Positions 39,848 through 50,147 of a stretch of DNA of 64,000 bases are shown in pieces. Each line of letters begins with the position of its first letter. Within the stretch, counting starts at the first letter, position 1. The stretch lies in the NCBI GenBank assembly GCA_963704885.1, contig CAVPIB010000001.1:768001-832000 (forward strand). Reading direction: 5' to 3'. The translations under genes and the position numbers were made by a program. The stretch is from an uncultured Actinomycetes bacterium (GTDB lineage Bacteria > Actinomycetota > UBA4738 > HRBIN12). The notes beneath the pieces are model-generated. The model worked only from the letters and a program-made list of their open reading frames with translations, had not been told where the DNA came from and did no database searches.

Positions 39848-40777
39848 TTGTTCATCGTCGCCAGGCCTCAGATCACCGAGGACGTCATCAACCCCACCCG
39901 CTCCAAGTTCACGATCGAACCGCTCGAGCCCGGGTTCGGCTACACGGTCGGGAACTCGCTCCGCCGGACGCTGCTGTCCTCCATCCCAGGCACCGCGATC
40001 TCGTCCGTCCGCATCGACGGCGTGCTCCACGAGTTCTCGACGATCCCCAAGGTCACCGAGGACGTCACCGACATCATCCTGAACCTGAAGGGCCTGGTGG
40101 TTCGTTCCGAGCTTGAAGAGCCGACCACCGTATACCTGAAGACCAAGGGCCCGGGAGCGGTCACGGCCGGAGATGTCGCTCCTCCCGCAGGTGTCGAGAT
40201 CCTGAACCCCGATCTTCACATCGCCTCGCTCGGCAGGGGCGCGTCGCTCGAGATGGAGATGACCGTCGAGCGCGGGGTCGGCTACCGCATGGCCGATAAG
40301 AACAAGAAGCCGCGCGATCCGATCGGCGTGATCCCCGTCGACTCGATCTTCTCGCCGGTGCGGAAGGTCTCGTACTCGGTCGAGAACACGCGAGTCGAGC
40401 AGATGACCGACCGCGATCGGCTGGTCCTCGATGTCGAGACCAACGGGTCGATGACGCCTCGGGAGGCGGTCGCGTCCGCGGGCGGGGCGCTGCTCGAGCT
40501 GGTCAACCTGTTCGCGGAGCTGGCCGAGGCTGCCAGTGTGACGGTCGGACCGGCCGAGGACGAGCAGATGCCCAGCGACTACGCCATCACGATCGAAGAG
40601 TTGAACCTGTCGGTCCGCTCTTACAACTGCTTGAAGCGTGAAGGCATCAACGCGGTGGGCGATCTGGTGGAGAAGTCGGAGTCCGAGCTGATGGACATCC
40701 GCAACTTCGGTCAGAAGTCGATCGATGAGGTCAAGGCCAAGCTCGAAGAGCTTGGCCTTGGTCTGCGGGAGGAGTAG
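39848..40777 (+). CDS. rpoA: RNA polymerase alpha subunit
   Basis: [28 protein letters not shown]; TTG start after GGAGG. Confidence 0.99.
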   Translation: MFIVARPQITEDVINPTRSKFTIEPLEPGFGYTVGNSLRRTLLSSIPGTAISSVRIDGVLHEFSTIPKVTEDVTDIILNLKGLVVRSELEEPTTVYLKTKGPGAVTAGDVAPPAGVEILNPDLHIASLGRGASLEMEMTVERGVGYRMADKNKKPRDPIGVIPVDSIFSPVRKVSYSVENTRVEQMTDRDRLVLDVETNGSMTPREAVASAGGALLELVNLFAELAEAASVTVGPAEDEQMPSDYAITIEELNLSVRSYNCLKREGINAVGDLVEKSESELMDIRNFGQKSIDEVKAKLEELGLGLREE

Positions 40778-40781
40778 ACGG

Positions 40782-41144
40782 GTGCCGAGGCCCAAGAGGG
40801 GAGCACGTCTGGGTTCCAACCCCGGTCACCAGAAGCTCCTGCTATCGACGCTCGCGTCTCAGCTGTTCGTGCACGAGGCGATCAACACCACCGAGGCGAA
40901 GGCCAAGATGCTCCGCCCGTACGCCGAGAAGCTCATCACGTCGGCGCGGCGCGGCGATCTGGCCGCGCGTCGTCAGGTGCTGAAGGACATCCCCGATCGC
41001 GACGTGGTTGCACGGCTGTTCCACGAGATCGCGCCCCGCTTCGAGGGACGGCCTGGTGGCTACACGCGGATCATGAAGCTCGGGCCGCGCAAGGGCGATG
41101 GGGCCGCGATGGCTCGGATCGAGCTTGTGGAACGCGAGGGCTGA
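40782..41144 (+). CDS. rplQ: 50S ribosomal protein L17
   Basis: [15 protein letters not shown]; start GTG 40782. Confidence 0.98.
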   Translation: MPRPKRGARLGSNPGHQKLLLSTLASQLFVHEAINTTEAKAKMLRPYAEKLITSARRGDLAARRQVLKDIPDRDVVARLFHEIAPRFEGRPGGYTRIMKLGPRKGDGAAMARIELVEREG

Positions 41145-41176
41145 GGCCCGCCCGTTCGAGCATCCATACTTCGTTC

Positions 41177-41933
41177 GTGCGGGTCGTTCGACTTACTTTG
41201 GCTTATGACGGGACCGCGTTTCGGGGGTGGGCTCGGCAGGGCGACCCTGATGTGAGGACCGTCGAACGGGTCGTTTCCGACGTGCTGGCGAAGGTCCTAC
41301 GCGAGGACGTGCGCATCTCGGTGGCGGGACGGACCGACGCCGGAGTGCATGCTCGGGGACAGGTGGTCTCGTTCGAGACCTCCAGCGTGCTTGCCCCGGA
41401 GCGGATCCGGCGGGCGCTGACGAGCATGCTCGGACCCGAGGTTGTGGCGGTCGATGCGCGGGTCGCCCCGGCGGGGTTCGACGCCCGGTTCTCGGCGTCG
41501 GCCCGGGTCTATCGGTACGTGATCGACACGGCGGAGGTGCCTGATCCTTTCACGGCCGCGTACGTGTGGAACAAACCGGGGGAGCTCTCGCTCGGGGCCA
41601 TGCGCGCGGGTGCTCTCCGCATGTTGGGGGAGCACGACTTCGCGTCGTTCTGCCGGCGTCCGGCAGCGGGGAAGTCCACGGTTCGCGATCTGCAGCTGCT
41701 GGCTATCAGCGCGGCGAGGTGATCGCCTGGAGTTCGTCGTTCGCGCGAACGCGTTCTTGCACCAGATGGTGCGGACGCTCGTGGGAACGCTGGTCGCGGT
41801 CGGCGACGGACGCATGAGGCCGTCCGACGTGGCGGCCATCCTTCGAGCACGAGACCGGGGGCAGGCTACCGAGCCGGCGCCTGCGAAGGGGCTAACGCTC
41901 GAGCGTGTCGTATACGGGCGGAGGGCGGGATGA
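41177..41933 (+). pseudogene. truA: tRNA pseudouridine(38-40) synthase, split by a +1 frameshift near 41710
   Basis: AYDGT, AGRTDAGVHA and HDFASF in frame A; ANAFLHQMVR and APAKGL in frame B; may be a sequencing error. Confidence 0.85.
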
Positions 41934-42838
41934 CCGAGTGGGAGCCGAGCGATCCGCAGGTCCTCGAGTGGATCCAGGGTGCCGTAGGGCCCGGCGCACG
42001 CGTCGCGCGGACGGAGCGGATGCCGCCGTCGTCGACGGAGAAGCACGCGATCGATGTTCTCAGGCAGGACGGGGGTACCGAGAGGCTGGTCCTTCGCCGG
42101 TACCACGACACCCAGCGCATGGCGTCGGAGCTCTGGTACGACCCGGCGAGCGAGGTCCGCGCCCTCGAGATCCTAGGGACGACGCCGGTCGTGGCCCCGA
42201 AGCTCTTGGCGAAGGATCTCGAAGGGGAGATCTGCGACGTCCCCGCCCTACTGGAGTCCTGGGTGCCCGGTGAACAGGCTTGGGATCCGCCGGATCTCGA
42301 TCGCTACCTGGCCAGAGCAGGGGAGATGCTCGTCGTGATCCACGGCGTAGAGCCTCCTTCCCCCGACGACCTGCCCGTGTACCGCCCGTACTTCGCAGAC
42401 GATCAGATCGAGCACCGGCTGGTCCCTCGGTGGTCGAGGCGGCGGTCGGTTTGGGAGGACGTGTTCGAGCGGATCCACGACCGCTGGCCGGTCACGCCGG
42501 TTCGGTTCATCCATCGCGACTACCACCCTGGCAACGCGCTGTGGGACGGCGAGCGGATCAGTGGGGTGGTGGATCGGGCGACCGCTGCGCGCGGTCCGGC
42601 GGGGATCGACCTCGCCAGGATGCGGCAGAACCTGGCCGCCTGGCACGGGAAGGCGGCTGCCGATCGCTTCACGAGGCGCTACGTGGAGGCGGGTGGCGAT
42701 CCGGCCGCGCGCCACCCGTTCTGGGATCTCCTGGACGCGGCCGATTCGGTGGCGGACACCGACGAACCCGGAGCACCGGGGGAGGGCGATGTCGCGTTGT
42801 TCGAGGACTACGTCGCCGAGGTGCTCGCCGAGCTGTGA
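41930..42838 (+). CDS. Aminoglycoside/choline phosphotransferase (APH) family kinase
   Basis: Brenner motif HRDYHPGN, GVVD; ATGA overlap with the truA 3' end. Confidence 0.85.
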   Translation: MTEWEPSDPQVLEWIQGAVGPGARVARTERMPPSSTEKHAIDVLRQDGGTERLVLRRYHDTQRMASELWYDPASEVRALEILGTTPVVAPKLLAKDLEGEICDVPALLESWVPGEQAWDPPDLDRYLARAGEMLVVIHGVEPPSPDDLPVYRPYFADDQIEHRLVPRWSRRRSVWEDVFERIHDRWPVTPVRFIHRDYHPGNALWDGERISGVVDRATAARGPAGIDLARMRQNLAAWHGKAAADRFTRRYVEAGGDPAARHPFWDLLDAADSVADTDEPGAPGEGDVALFEDYVAEVLAEL

Positions 42839-42869
42839 GCGATACCTGGCCCGAGCGCCTTCGGGTCGG

Positions 42870-43595
42870 CTAGACGCCGGTCGAAGGCGAGTGGGTTCTG
42901 TACAGGTCGACGAGCCGTCCGATCAGCTCGGAATGCCCCTGCACGTGGAAGATGTAGCGGGGGATGTCCCTCCCGGTCGAATGCGACATGAACGGCTCGC
43001 CCCAGAAGCTGAGATGCGCCTCGGTCACCCCTTCTTCCGTCTCGGCGAGGATGAACGAGACGGTCTCCTCGAGGTCTCCCCATGTGGGCTCGATCACCTT
43101 CCAGGCCCCGGGACAAGCCTGAACCTTGGGAAGCACCTGCTCCTCCCATCTGGTTCGCTCGCCCCGGTTCAAGACGAAGCGGATCCGTGTCACGCGCGGG
43201 TTCTCGATCGCAGGTCGAAGCAGCGAGTCGAACAACGACTGCGGGACGAACATGAGGAGGCAGATGTTGAACCACGTCATGTCCCCTTGAGCGCGAGCAG
43301 CGAACCGTTCGCTCTCCGCACGGAGCGCCCGCGGCCCGACCAGCACCGCGTCGGGGGGCCGGAGGTCGGTGCGGATGCGCTGGACGTCGGCCTCGACGGA
43401 TCCCAGCGTGATGGCCATCCCCTCGTCCCGCGATTCCTTGCGGAGGCTCCGAAGGAGCATCAGCGCGAGGATCACGAGCATCACCGTGAGGACGACGTCC
43501 GTATCGACGATGCCGAGCAGATGCAAGACGAGCGCCGCCACGGCGGCGAGCGCTCCGGCGACAGCTTCCCATTCGATGCTCTTCAGTCGTTGCAT
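42870..43595 (-). CDS. Hypothetical protein, two N-terminal TM helices plus a soluble alpha/beta domain
   Basis: Hydrophobic N-terminus [20 protein letters not shown]...VILALMLL; start inferred at ATG 43595. Confidence 0.7.
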   Translation of the reverse strand: MQRLKSIEWEAVAGALAAVAALVLHLLGIVDTDVVLTVMLVILALMLLRSLRKESRDEGMAITLGSVEADVQRIRTDLRPPDAVLVGPRALRAESERFAARAQGDMTWFNICLLMFVPQSLFDSLLRPAIENPRVTRIRFVLNRGERTRWEEQVLPKVQACPGAWKVIEPTWGDLEETVSFILAETEEGVTEAHLSFWGEPFMSHSTGRDIPRYIFHVQGHSELIGRLVDLYRTHSPSTGV

Positions 43596-43682
43596 CGCAG
43601 AGGCATCATCCCCTGGAGATGGTTGGCGAACAACCGGCTGGGTCCGGCGTCTGGCGACGTGGGTTCGGAGCCGGAGCGAACT

Positions 43683-43740
43683 TTGACGGCTCTGCGTTCT
43701 CGCAGGTAGCATGGCTCCTCGGCCGGGAGGTCCCGGCCGT
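43683..43740 (+). promoter_or_regulatory. rplM-rpsI promoter and leader hairpin
   Basis: TTGACG-N18-TAGCAT; hairpin CGGCCGGG-aggt-CCCGGCCG at 43720-43739. Confidence 0.65.
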
Positions 43741-43750
43741 TCTCCTTGTG

Positions 43751-44458
43751 ATGAAGACCTACTCTCCGAAGCCCGATCACATCGTTCGCCGCTGGTACGT
43801 CGTAGACGCCAGTGGCCAGGTTCTCGGACGCCTGGCGTCGGAGGTCGCGGCCATCCTGCGCGGCAAGCACAAGCCGATCTTCGCCCCCCATATGGATACC
43901 GGTGACAACGTGATCGTGCTGAACGCCGAGAAGATCGAGCTGACCGGCGCCAAGCTCACGAAGAAGGTGGCCTATCGCCACTCGGGCTACCCAGGTGGCA
44001 TCACCGCCACGAGATACGAAGCCCTGATGGCCCAGAAACCGGCGTTCGTGATCGAGAAGGCCGTGAGGGGCATGCTGCCCAAGAACAGTCTCGGCCGGTC
44101 CATGATCAAGAAGCTCCACGTGGTGGTCGGCCCCGAGCACCCCCACCAAGCGCAGCAGCCCGTTCCCTACACGCTGGGGCAGCCGCCGATGTGGGAGGGG
44201 CTCCCGCAGCGAACGGCGTCGAAGACCGCGGCCGCGCCTTCAGACAAGCCCGAGGCAGCGAAGCCGGCGAGCAAGCCCGTCAGCAAGAAGACCACGGCCA
44301 CCTCGCCCGCCAAGACCAGCGCGGCGAAGAAGACCGTGGCTCGCAAGCCGGCGGCCAAGAAGGCGACGGCTGCCAAGACGGGCTCGGCCAAGAAACCCGC
44401 CGTCAAGAAACCCGCGACCCGCAAACCCGCGGCTAAGAAGGATCAGGAGGAGTCGTAA
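43751..44458 (+). CDS. rplM: 50S ribosomal protein L13 with Lys/Ala/Pro-rich C-terminal tail
   Basis: [29 protein letters not shown]; start ATG 43751. Confidence 0.98.
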   Translation: MKTYSPKPDHIVRRWYVVDASGQVLGRLASEVAAILRGKHKPIFAPHMDTGDNVIVLNAEKIELTGAKLTKKVAYRHSGYPGGITATRYEALMAQKPAFVIEKAVRGMLPKNSLGRSMIKKLHVVVGPEHPHQAQQPVPYTLGQPPMWEGLPQRTASKTAAAPSDKPEAAKPASKPVSKKTTATSPAKTSAAKKTVARKPAAKKATAAKTGSAKKPAVKKPATRKPAAKKDQEES

Positions 44459-44854
44459 GTGGCCACGACCGCAGCGAAGATCACCACGGGACGCCGCAAG
44501 GAAGCGGTCGCCCGCATACGCCTGGTGCCGGGGACCGGCGACTTCGAGATCAACGGTCGCACGCTGGACGACTACTTCCCGACCCGCGTGCATCGCATGG
44601 TGGCCGTCGCCCCGCTGCGCCTCGCAGGTCGCGAGAAGGACTTCGACGTGATCGCCACGATCCGCGGCGGCGGCATAGCCGGGCAGGCAGGGGCCATCCG
44701 CTTGGGGATCGCCCGAGCGTTGATCGATCTTGACCCGGAGCTTCGTGCGCAGATGAAGGCCGAGGGATACCTCCGCCGGGATGCTCGCGAGAAGGAGCGC
44801 CGGAAGTACGGGTTGAAGAAGGCTCGCAAGGCGCCGCAGTACTCGAAGCGCTGA
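44459..44854 (+). CDS. rpsI: 30S ribosomal protein S9
   Basis: [18 protein letters not shown]. Confidence 0.99.
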   Translation: MATTAAKITTGRRKEAVARIRLVPGTGDFEINGRTLDDYFPTRVHRMVAVAPLRLAGREKDFDVIATIRGGGIAGQAGAIRLGIARALIDLDPELRAQMKAEGYLRRDAREKERRKYGLKKARKAPQYSKR

Positions 44855-44857
44855 CGC

Positions 44858-45133
44858 TCAGCCCGCCGGCTGCTGACCCTGCGTGTCCCACCGTTCGGAC
44901 GTATCGTCCTCGTCGGTCGCGTACGCGCCCGCCTCGATCGCCTCGATGATCTCTTTCGCCCTCGCTTCATCTTCCGGGGTGACCCACAGGTACACGGGGC
45001 CGGCCCGGTACGGTCCCTCGGCCTCGCCTTTGATCAACACGGCGATGCCCTCCGCTTCGAGGCGTCCCTTCGTCAGCTGACCGTAGAACCCGTTGCCGGT
45101 CGCGTACACACGGACGAGACGATCATCGCTCAT
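44858..45133 (-). CDS. Small DUF2007-like protein
   Basis: KGRLEAEGI...GPVYLWVTPEDEARAKEII; start ATG 45133 after GGAGG. Confidence 0.7.
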   Translation of the reverse strand: MSDDRLVRVYATGNGFYGQLTKGRLEAEGIAVLIKGEAEGPYRAGPVYLWVTPEDEARAKEIIEAIEAGAYATDEDDTSERWDTQGQQPAG

Positions 45134-45200
45134 GCGCCGATCCTCCCACACACCCCGCGTGATCGCCCGTTCGAAGGGTGCACCCGGTAGCCTTCGCGCT

Positions 45201-46535
45201 ATGGGGCGTCTGTTCGGCACCGACGGGATCCGTGGCGTCGCCGGCACCGACCTGACGCGTGATCTGGCACGCGATCTGGGGCGGGCCGCCGTCGTGGTCC
45301 TGGGCAGGCATGGCGGGGACCGACCGACGTTCGTGATCGGACGGGACACCAGGCGCTCAGGGGAGTGGCTGGAGCAGGCCATCGCCGAAGGGATCTGCTC
45401 CGCGGGAGGCGACGCCATCCTGGCCGGCGTGGAGCCGACGCCCGGTATCGCGTTCCTGACGGTCGAGCTGGGCGCTTCATCGGGAGTCGTCATATCGGCC
45501 TCCCACAACCCCCCCCAGGACAACGGGATCAAGTTCTTCTCGACCGACGGCACGAAGCTTCCAGATCAGATCGAGGACGAGATAGAGGCTGCGCTGAGCG
45601 AACCGATCGCTCCTAACGTGACCCCCGGCGAGCTGCGCGAGGCGGGCGTGGGCCGCGAGCGCTACCTGAAGCATCTGGTCGCATCCGCCGACGCGCCGCT
45701 CGACGGGATGTCGGTCGTGGTTGACTGCGCGAACGGCGCCGCGTCTGGGTTCGCCCCGCAGGTACTGGAGCGGCTCGGCGCCGACGTCCACGCCATCTTC
45801 GATCGGCCCGACGGCGACAACATCAACGTCGGCTGCGGTGCGTTGCATCCCGAAGTCCTCGCGTCGGAAGTCGTGAGGCTCGGAGCCGATGCCGGCGTAG
45901 CGCATGACGGCGACGCCGACCGGGCGCTGTTCGCCGATGCGGCAGGCAACGTGATCGATGGCGATCAGGTCCTCGCCGCATGTGCACTCTCCATGCAGGC
46001 TCGAGGCTCGCTCGCCGGGAACACGGTCGTGACCACGGTTATGGCCAATCTGGGATTCCATCGAGCCATGCGGGAGGCCGGCATCTCGGTCGTCGCCGCT
46101 CAGGTCGGAGACCGTTACGTGCTGGAGGAGATGCTCCGGAACGGGGCCGTCTTGGGAGGCGAGCAATCCGGCCACATCATCTTCCGGGAGCAGGCGACCA
46201 CGGGTGACGGGCTGCTCACGGCCGTGCGCTTCCTTTCACTAGCGGCCGCGCGCGGCGTGGGCATCCAGGAGTTGGCGTCGTGCATGCGCCGCTTCCCGCA
46301 GGTCCTCCTGAATATCGGGGTTAGCGATCCCTCCCGCCTCCAGGGTGCTGAGGTGGTGTGGGGAGCTGTGCGGCGCGCCGAGGAGGTGCTCGGCGACGGT
46401 GGAAGGGTCTTGGTGCGACCCTCGGGTACCGAACCGCTGGTACGCGTGATGGTGGAGGCCGAGACCCAGGAGGACGCCGCCCTGCACGCCGACGCGATCG
46501 CCGAGGCGGTGCGCTCCGGCCTCGCGGCCGGTTGA
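45201..46535 (+). CDS. glmM: Phosphoglucosamine mutase
   Basis: LFGTDGIRG, ISASHNP, DGDADR, GGEQSGH. Confidence 0.97.
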   Translation: MGRLFGTDGIRGVAGTDLTRDLARDLGRAAVVVLGRHGGDRPTFVIGRDTRRSGEWLEQAIAEGICSAGGDAILAGVEPTPGIAFLTVELGASSGVVISASHNPPQDNGIKFFSTDGTKLPDQIEDEIEAALSEPIAPNVTPGELREAGVGRERYLKHLVASADAPLDGMSVVVDCANGAASGFAPQVLERLGADVHAIFDRPDGDNINVGCGALHPEVLASEVVRLGADAGVAHDGDADRALFADAAGNVIDGDQVLAACALSMQARGSLAGNTVVTTVMANLGFHRAMREAGISVVAAQVGDRYVLEEMLRNGAVLGGEQSGHIIFREQATTGDGLLTAVRFLSLAAARGVGIQELASCMRRFPQVLLNIGVSDPSRLQGAEVVWGAVRRAEEVLGDGGRVLVRPSGTEPLVRVMVEAETQEDAALHADAIAEAVRSGLAAG

Positions 46536-46559
46536 ACGCTCGCTGCTAGGGTTTGGCCT

Positions 46560-48389
46560 ATGTGCGGCATCGTGGGATACGTAGGCCCCGAAGATGCCCT
46601 CCCCATCGTGGTCGAGGGGCTCCGGCGCCTCGGATACCGAGGCTACGACTCGTCGGGCGTAGCGGTCCTGAACGATGGTCTGCGGATCGTGAAGCGCGCG
46701 GGCAAGCTCTCCGAGCTCGACTCCGCGCTCAGCCAAGCGTCGTCGATGGCGGGGAGCGCGGCTATGGGGCACACCCGTTGGGCCACTCACGGCGCACCGA
46801 CGGACCGCAACGCCCATCCGCACGCCGACTGCGGCGGACGGGTGGCGGTGATCCACAACGGGATCATCGAGAACTTCCAGACCCTCCGCGCCCGCCTGGA
46901 GAAGGATGGCCATCACCTAGCGTCGGAGACCGACACGGAGTGCATCGCTCATCTGCTCGAGGAGAGACTCGGCGACGGGATGAGGCTCGCCGATGCGGTC
47001 CGGGCGACCGTTCGGGAGCTGCGCGGCGCTTACGCCGTCTTGGCGATGTCGGCGGACGAACCCGACGTGATCGTGGGCGCGAAGGTCTCATCGCCACTCG
47101 TGGTGGGGTTGGGCGACGGGGAGACCCTGTTCGCGTCCGACATCCCCGCGCTACTAGATCGCACTGCCCGGGTGATCCCCGTGGAGGAGGGCCAGCTGGT
47201 TGAGGCCACCCGCGACGGGGCCGTGTTCACCGATTTCGACGGGAACGTCCTGCACCCGGAGCCGATCACCGTCGACTGGGATGTCGCTCACGCGCAGAAG
47301 GGTGGCTTCGACGACTTCATGCTGAAAGAGATCCACGAGCAACCGGGGGCCATCCGCGACACGCTGGTCGGCCGGGTCGTGGATGGCCGGCTGGTCATGG
47401 ACGAGCTGAGGATCGCCGCGGACGTCTTCCGCGAGATCGGAAAGGTTTTCGTGGTGGCTTGCGGGACGGCCTTCCACTCCGGGATGGTCGCGAAGTACGC
47501 GATCGAGCACTGGACCCGGATCCCGGTCGAGATAGAGATCGCGAGTGAGTTCCGGTACCGCGACCCGGTTCTAGGCCCCGACACACTCACGCTCGCAGTC
47601 AGCCAATCCGGCGAGACGATCGACACGCTCGAGGCGGCGCGCCACGCTCGCCGGCAGGGCTCTTACGTGATCGCCGTGACGAACACCGTGGGGTCGTCGC
47701 TCGCGCGTGAGGCGGACGGGGTGCTCTACACCCACGCCGGTCCCGAGATCGCGGTCGCCGGCACCAAGACGTTCGCCACGCAGATGGTGTCCCAGTACCT
47801 GGTGGCGCTCTACCTGGCGCAGGTTCGTGGGTCGATGTTCCCCACGGAGATCGCCGAGGTGTTGGATCGGTTGGACGAGCTCCCGGCGAAGGTCGAGCGG
47901 GCTATCGGGTTGGACGGAGCCGTTCGTGCGTTGGCCGAGCGCTACAAAGACGCTCGTGACGTGTTGTTCATCGGCCGGCACACGGGGTATCCGGCTGCGC
48001 TCGAGGGGGCGCTCAAGCTCAAGGAGATCAGTTACATCCACGCGGAGGGATACCCGGGCGGGGAGCTGAAGCATGGCCCGATCGCTCTGATCGAGGAGGG
48101 TGTGCCGGTGGTGGCGGTCGCCACCGAGTGCCACGTCTACCCCAAGATGCTTTCGAACATCCAGGAGGTTCGCGCCCGGGGAGCCGAGGTGATCGCCGTA
48201 GCCACGGAAGGCGATCGCCAGATCGGCGCGCTCGCCGATCACGTCCTGGAGGTACCCGCCACCCCCGAGCTGCTCTCGCCGGTCGTGGTCACCGTGCCGT
48301 TGCAGCTGTTCGCGTACCACGTGGCGAAGCTGCGTGGATGTGACGTAGACCAGCCGAGGAATCTGGCGAAGAGTGTCACGGTCGAGTAG
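46560..48389 (+). CDS. glmS: Glutamine-fructose-6-phosphate aminotransferase
   Basis: MCGIVG, GHTRWATHG, SQSGET, PRNLAKSVTVE. Confidence 0.99.
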   Translation: MCGIVGYVGPEDALPIVVEGLRRLGYRGYDSSGVAVLNDGLRIVKRAGKLSELDSALSQASSMAGSAAMGHTRWATHGAPTDRNAHPHADCGGRVAVIHNGIIENFQTLRARLEKDGHHLASETDTECIAHLLEERLGDGMRLADAVRATVRELRGAYAVLAMSADEPDVIVGAKVSSPLVVGLGDGETLFASDIPALLDRTARVIPVEEGQLVEATRDGAVFTDFDGNVLHPEPITVDWDVAHAQKGGFDDFMLKEIHEQPGAIRDTLVGRVVDGRLVMDELRIAADVFREIGKVFVVACGTAFHSGMVAKYAIEHWTRIPVEIEIASEFRYRDPVLGPDTLTLAVSQSGETIDTLEAARHARRQGSYVIAVTNTVGSSLAREADGVLYTHAGPEIAVAGTKTFATQMVSQYLVALYLAQVRGSMFPTEIAEVLDRLDELPAKVERAIGLDGAVRALAERYKDARDVLFIGRHTGYPAALEGALKLKEISYIHAEGYPGGELKHGPIALIEEGVPVVAVATECHVYPKMLSNIQEVRARGAEVIAVATEGDRQIGALADHVLEVPATPELLSPVVVTVPLQLFAYHVAKLRGCDVDQPRNLAKSVTVE

Positions 48390-48409
48390 CCCTGCGGCAT
48401 GAAGGCCCG

Positions 48410-49736
48410 ATGACCGCTCATCCGTTCGGCCGAAGGTTCCCCGTCGTCCTCGTGTTGGCCGTGTTCCTGTCCCTTGTGGCAATGCCGGTCGCGCACGCGT
48501 GCTCCTGCTTCCAGGGGGATCCGCGTGACGCCCTGGCGGGGGCCGACGGAGCGTTCATAGGAACGTTGACGAGCGTGAGCGCGCCCGATGAGCGAGGGTT
48601 CGCCGTCTACAGCTTCGATGTCGAGACCACGGTCAAGGGCGACATCGGCGCCACGATCGACGTTCAGGCGGGATCGAACGACGCGAACTGTGGACTGGAT
48701 GCGCTGGTCGGCGACCGGGTCGGGCTGTTCACCTACCTGGAGGGAGCCCAGTGGGTGTCGGGTCTGTGCAACCAGATCGATCCCGAGCGGCTGGTTGCCG
48801 CGGCGGCGCCGCTCCCGGTGCCCGACGGCGCCGGCCCGGCCCGCTTCGTGGTCGGTGTGAACATCGGTCGTCATCGCCTGATGTCCCTAGACGAGGACGG
48901 CCGCACCCTGGCCTATGGCAAGGGCGACGGCTACGCGATCGACGTCGACCTGTGTCCCGGCTCTAACCGTGTGGTCGAGGCGGCCCGTATCGACAGGACC
49001 GGTGTGCTCGTGGTCCGCGAGCTGCCGTCGCTAGATGTGGTTCGCCGGATCGCACTGGTGTCGGGTCCCCCATACCCGCGGGTCGAGGTCGCCTGCCTCA
49101 ACCGCACAGGGGGCCGACTGGTGGCGGTAGAGCGGCACGCCGGCGATCGCTGGGTCCATGTGATCGAGGGCTTCCACGATCGCATCGTCTGGCACGGGCG
49201 GGTTCGCAGCGTGACGATCGACGGGCGCCATGTGGTGATCCAGGACGGGCGGAGGGTATCGATCGTGGATCTGCACGGCGGCGACCTGACGCTCATCGCG
49301 ACGCTCCCGGCCGGGGCGAGGTCGCCTGTGATCTCTCCAGATGGGTCTTGGGTGGCGGCGTTGAGGAGTGACCGTTACGGGCGAAGCCGAGGTCCTCTCG
49401 GTGCGTGTCTCGGACGGCTCGGTGGCCCGGTACGTGTTGGAGGCCGTGCAGTACGTCGACGGTCACCTCCTGTGGCTCGACGCCTCCAGGTTCCTTTATC
49501 TGCCGACCGACGGTCAGAACGCGCCGGCCATCTTCCTGGCGAGCACCATGGAGCCTTCGTCTGGTCCGAGCGCTTGGTACGGGGGTTCGGCCGTGGTGAG
49601 CGGCGGCACCGTCTTCGGCACCGACTGGGGAGCGCTGATCTCCGCTCAACTCCCGAACGGCGATGTTCGGCTGGTCCGCCTGCTCGACAGCCCGGAGACC
49701 GGTGTGCTTGACGTGGTCTCGCGCAACGCCGCCTGA
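48410..49736 (+). pseudogene. Secreted protein (N-terminal ACSC TIMP-like module plus beta-propeller-like region), +1 frameshift near 49380
   Basis: Signal peptide ending AHA-CSC; reading turns Arg-rich and noisy after ALRSDRYG while the +1 frame continues EAEVLSVRVSDG...LLWLDASRF. Confidence 0.6.
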
Positions 49737-49772
49737 GTCCCCATCGGCGGCCCCGTCGTCTAGCCTCTCCTC

Positions 49773-50147
49773 GTGGAGATCGTCGGGCTGGGCGTGGACA
49801 TCTGCGAGATCGCCCGTATGGAGCGGGCGCTCGCTCGACACCCGACCATGCGAGACCGTGTGTTCACTCCCGAAGAGCGCGCGTACTGCGACGGCAAGGC
49901 GCGTCCGGCGGAGTCTTACGCCGGGCGGTTCGCAGCTCGCGAGGCCACGATCAAGGCGCTCGGCGGCTATAGCGGGAAGCGATGGAAAGACATCCACGTG
50001 AGCCGGCACGCGAGCGGTGCTCCTTCGATCGTGTTGGAGGGCAATGCGGAACGCCGGGCGGACATGCAGGGCATCACGCGAGTACTCGTCACGTTCACGC
50101 ACGAGAAGACGAACGCCGTGGCGTTCGCGGTGGCGGTGCACGAGTGA
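49773..50147 (+). CDS. acpS: Holo-ACP synthase
   Basis: GLGVDICE, FTPEE, AGRFAAREA. Confidence 0.95.
   Translation: MEIVGLGVDICEIARMERALARHPTMRDRVFTPEERAYCDGKARPAESYAGRFAAREATIKALGGYSGKRWKDIHVSRHASGAPSIVLEGNAERRADMQGITRVLVTFTHEKTNAVAFAVAVHE

Noticed and set aside
41700-41725. Programmed frameshift or selenocysteine readthrough at the truA TGA
   Set aside because: No slippery sequence or SECIS-like hairpin evident, and the continuation is in another frame, so readthrough would not restore the protein
46536-46559. glmS ribozyme upstream of glmS
   Set aside because: Only 24 nt separate glmM and glmS, and the gene looks leaderless
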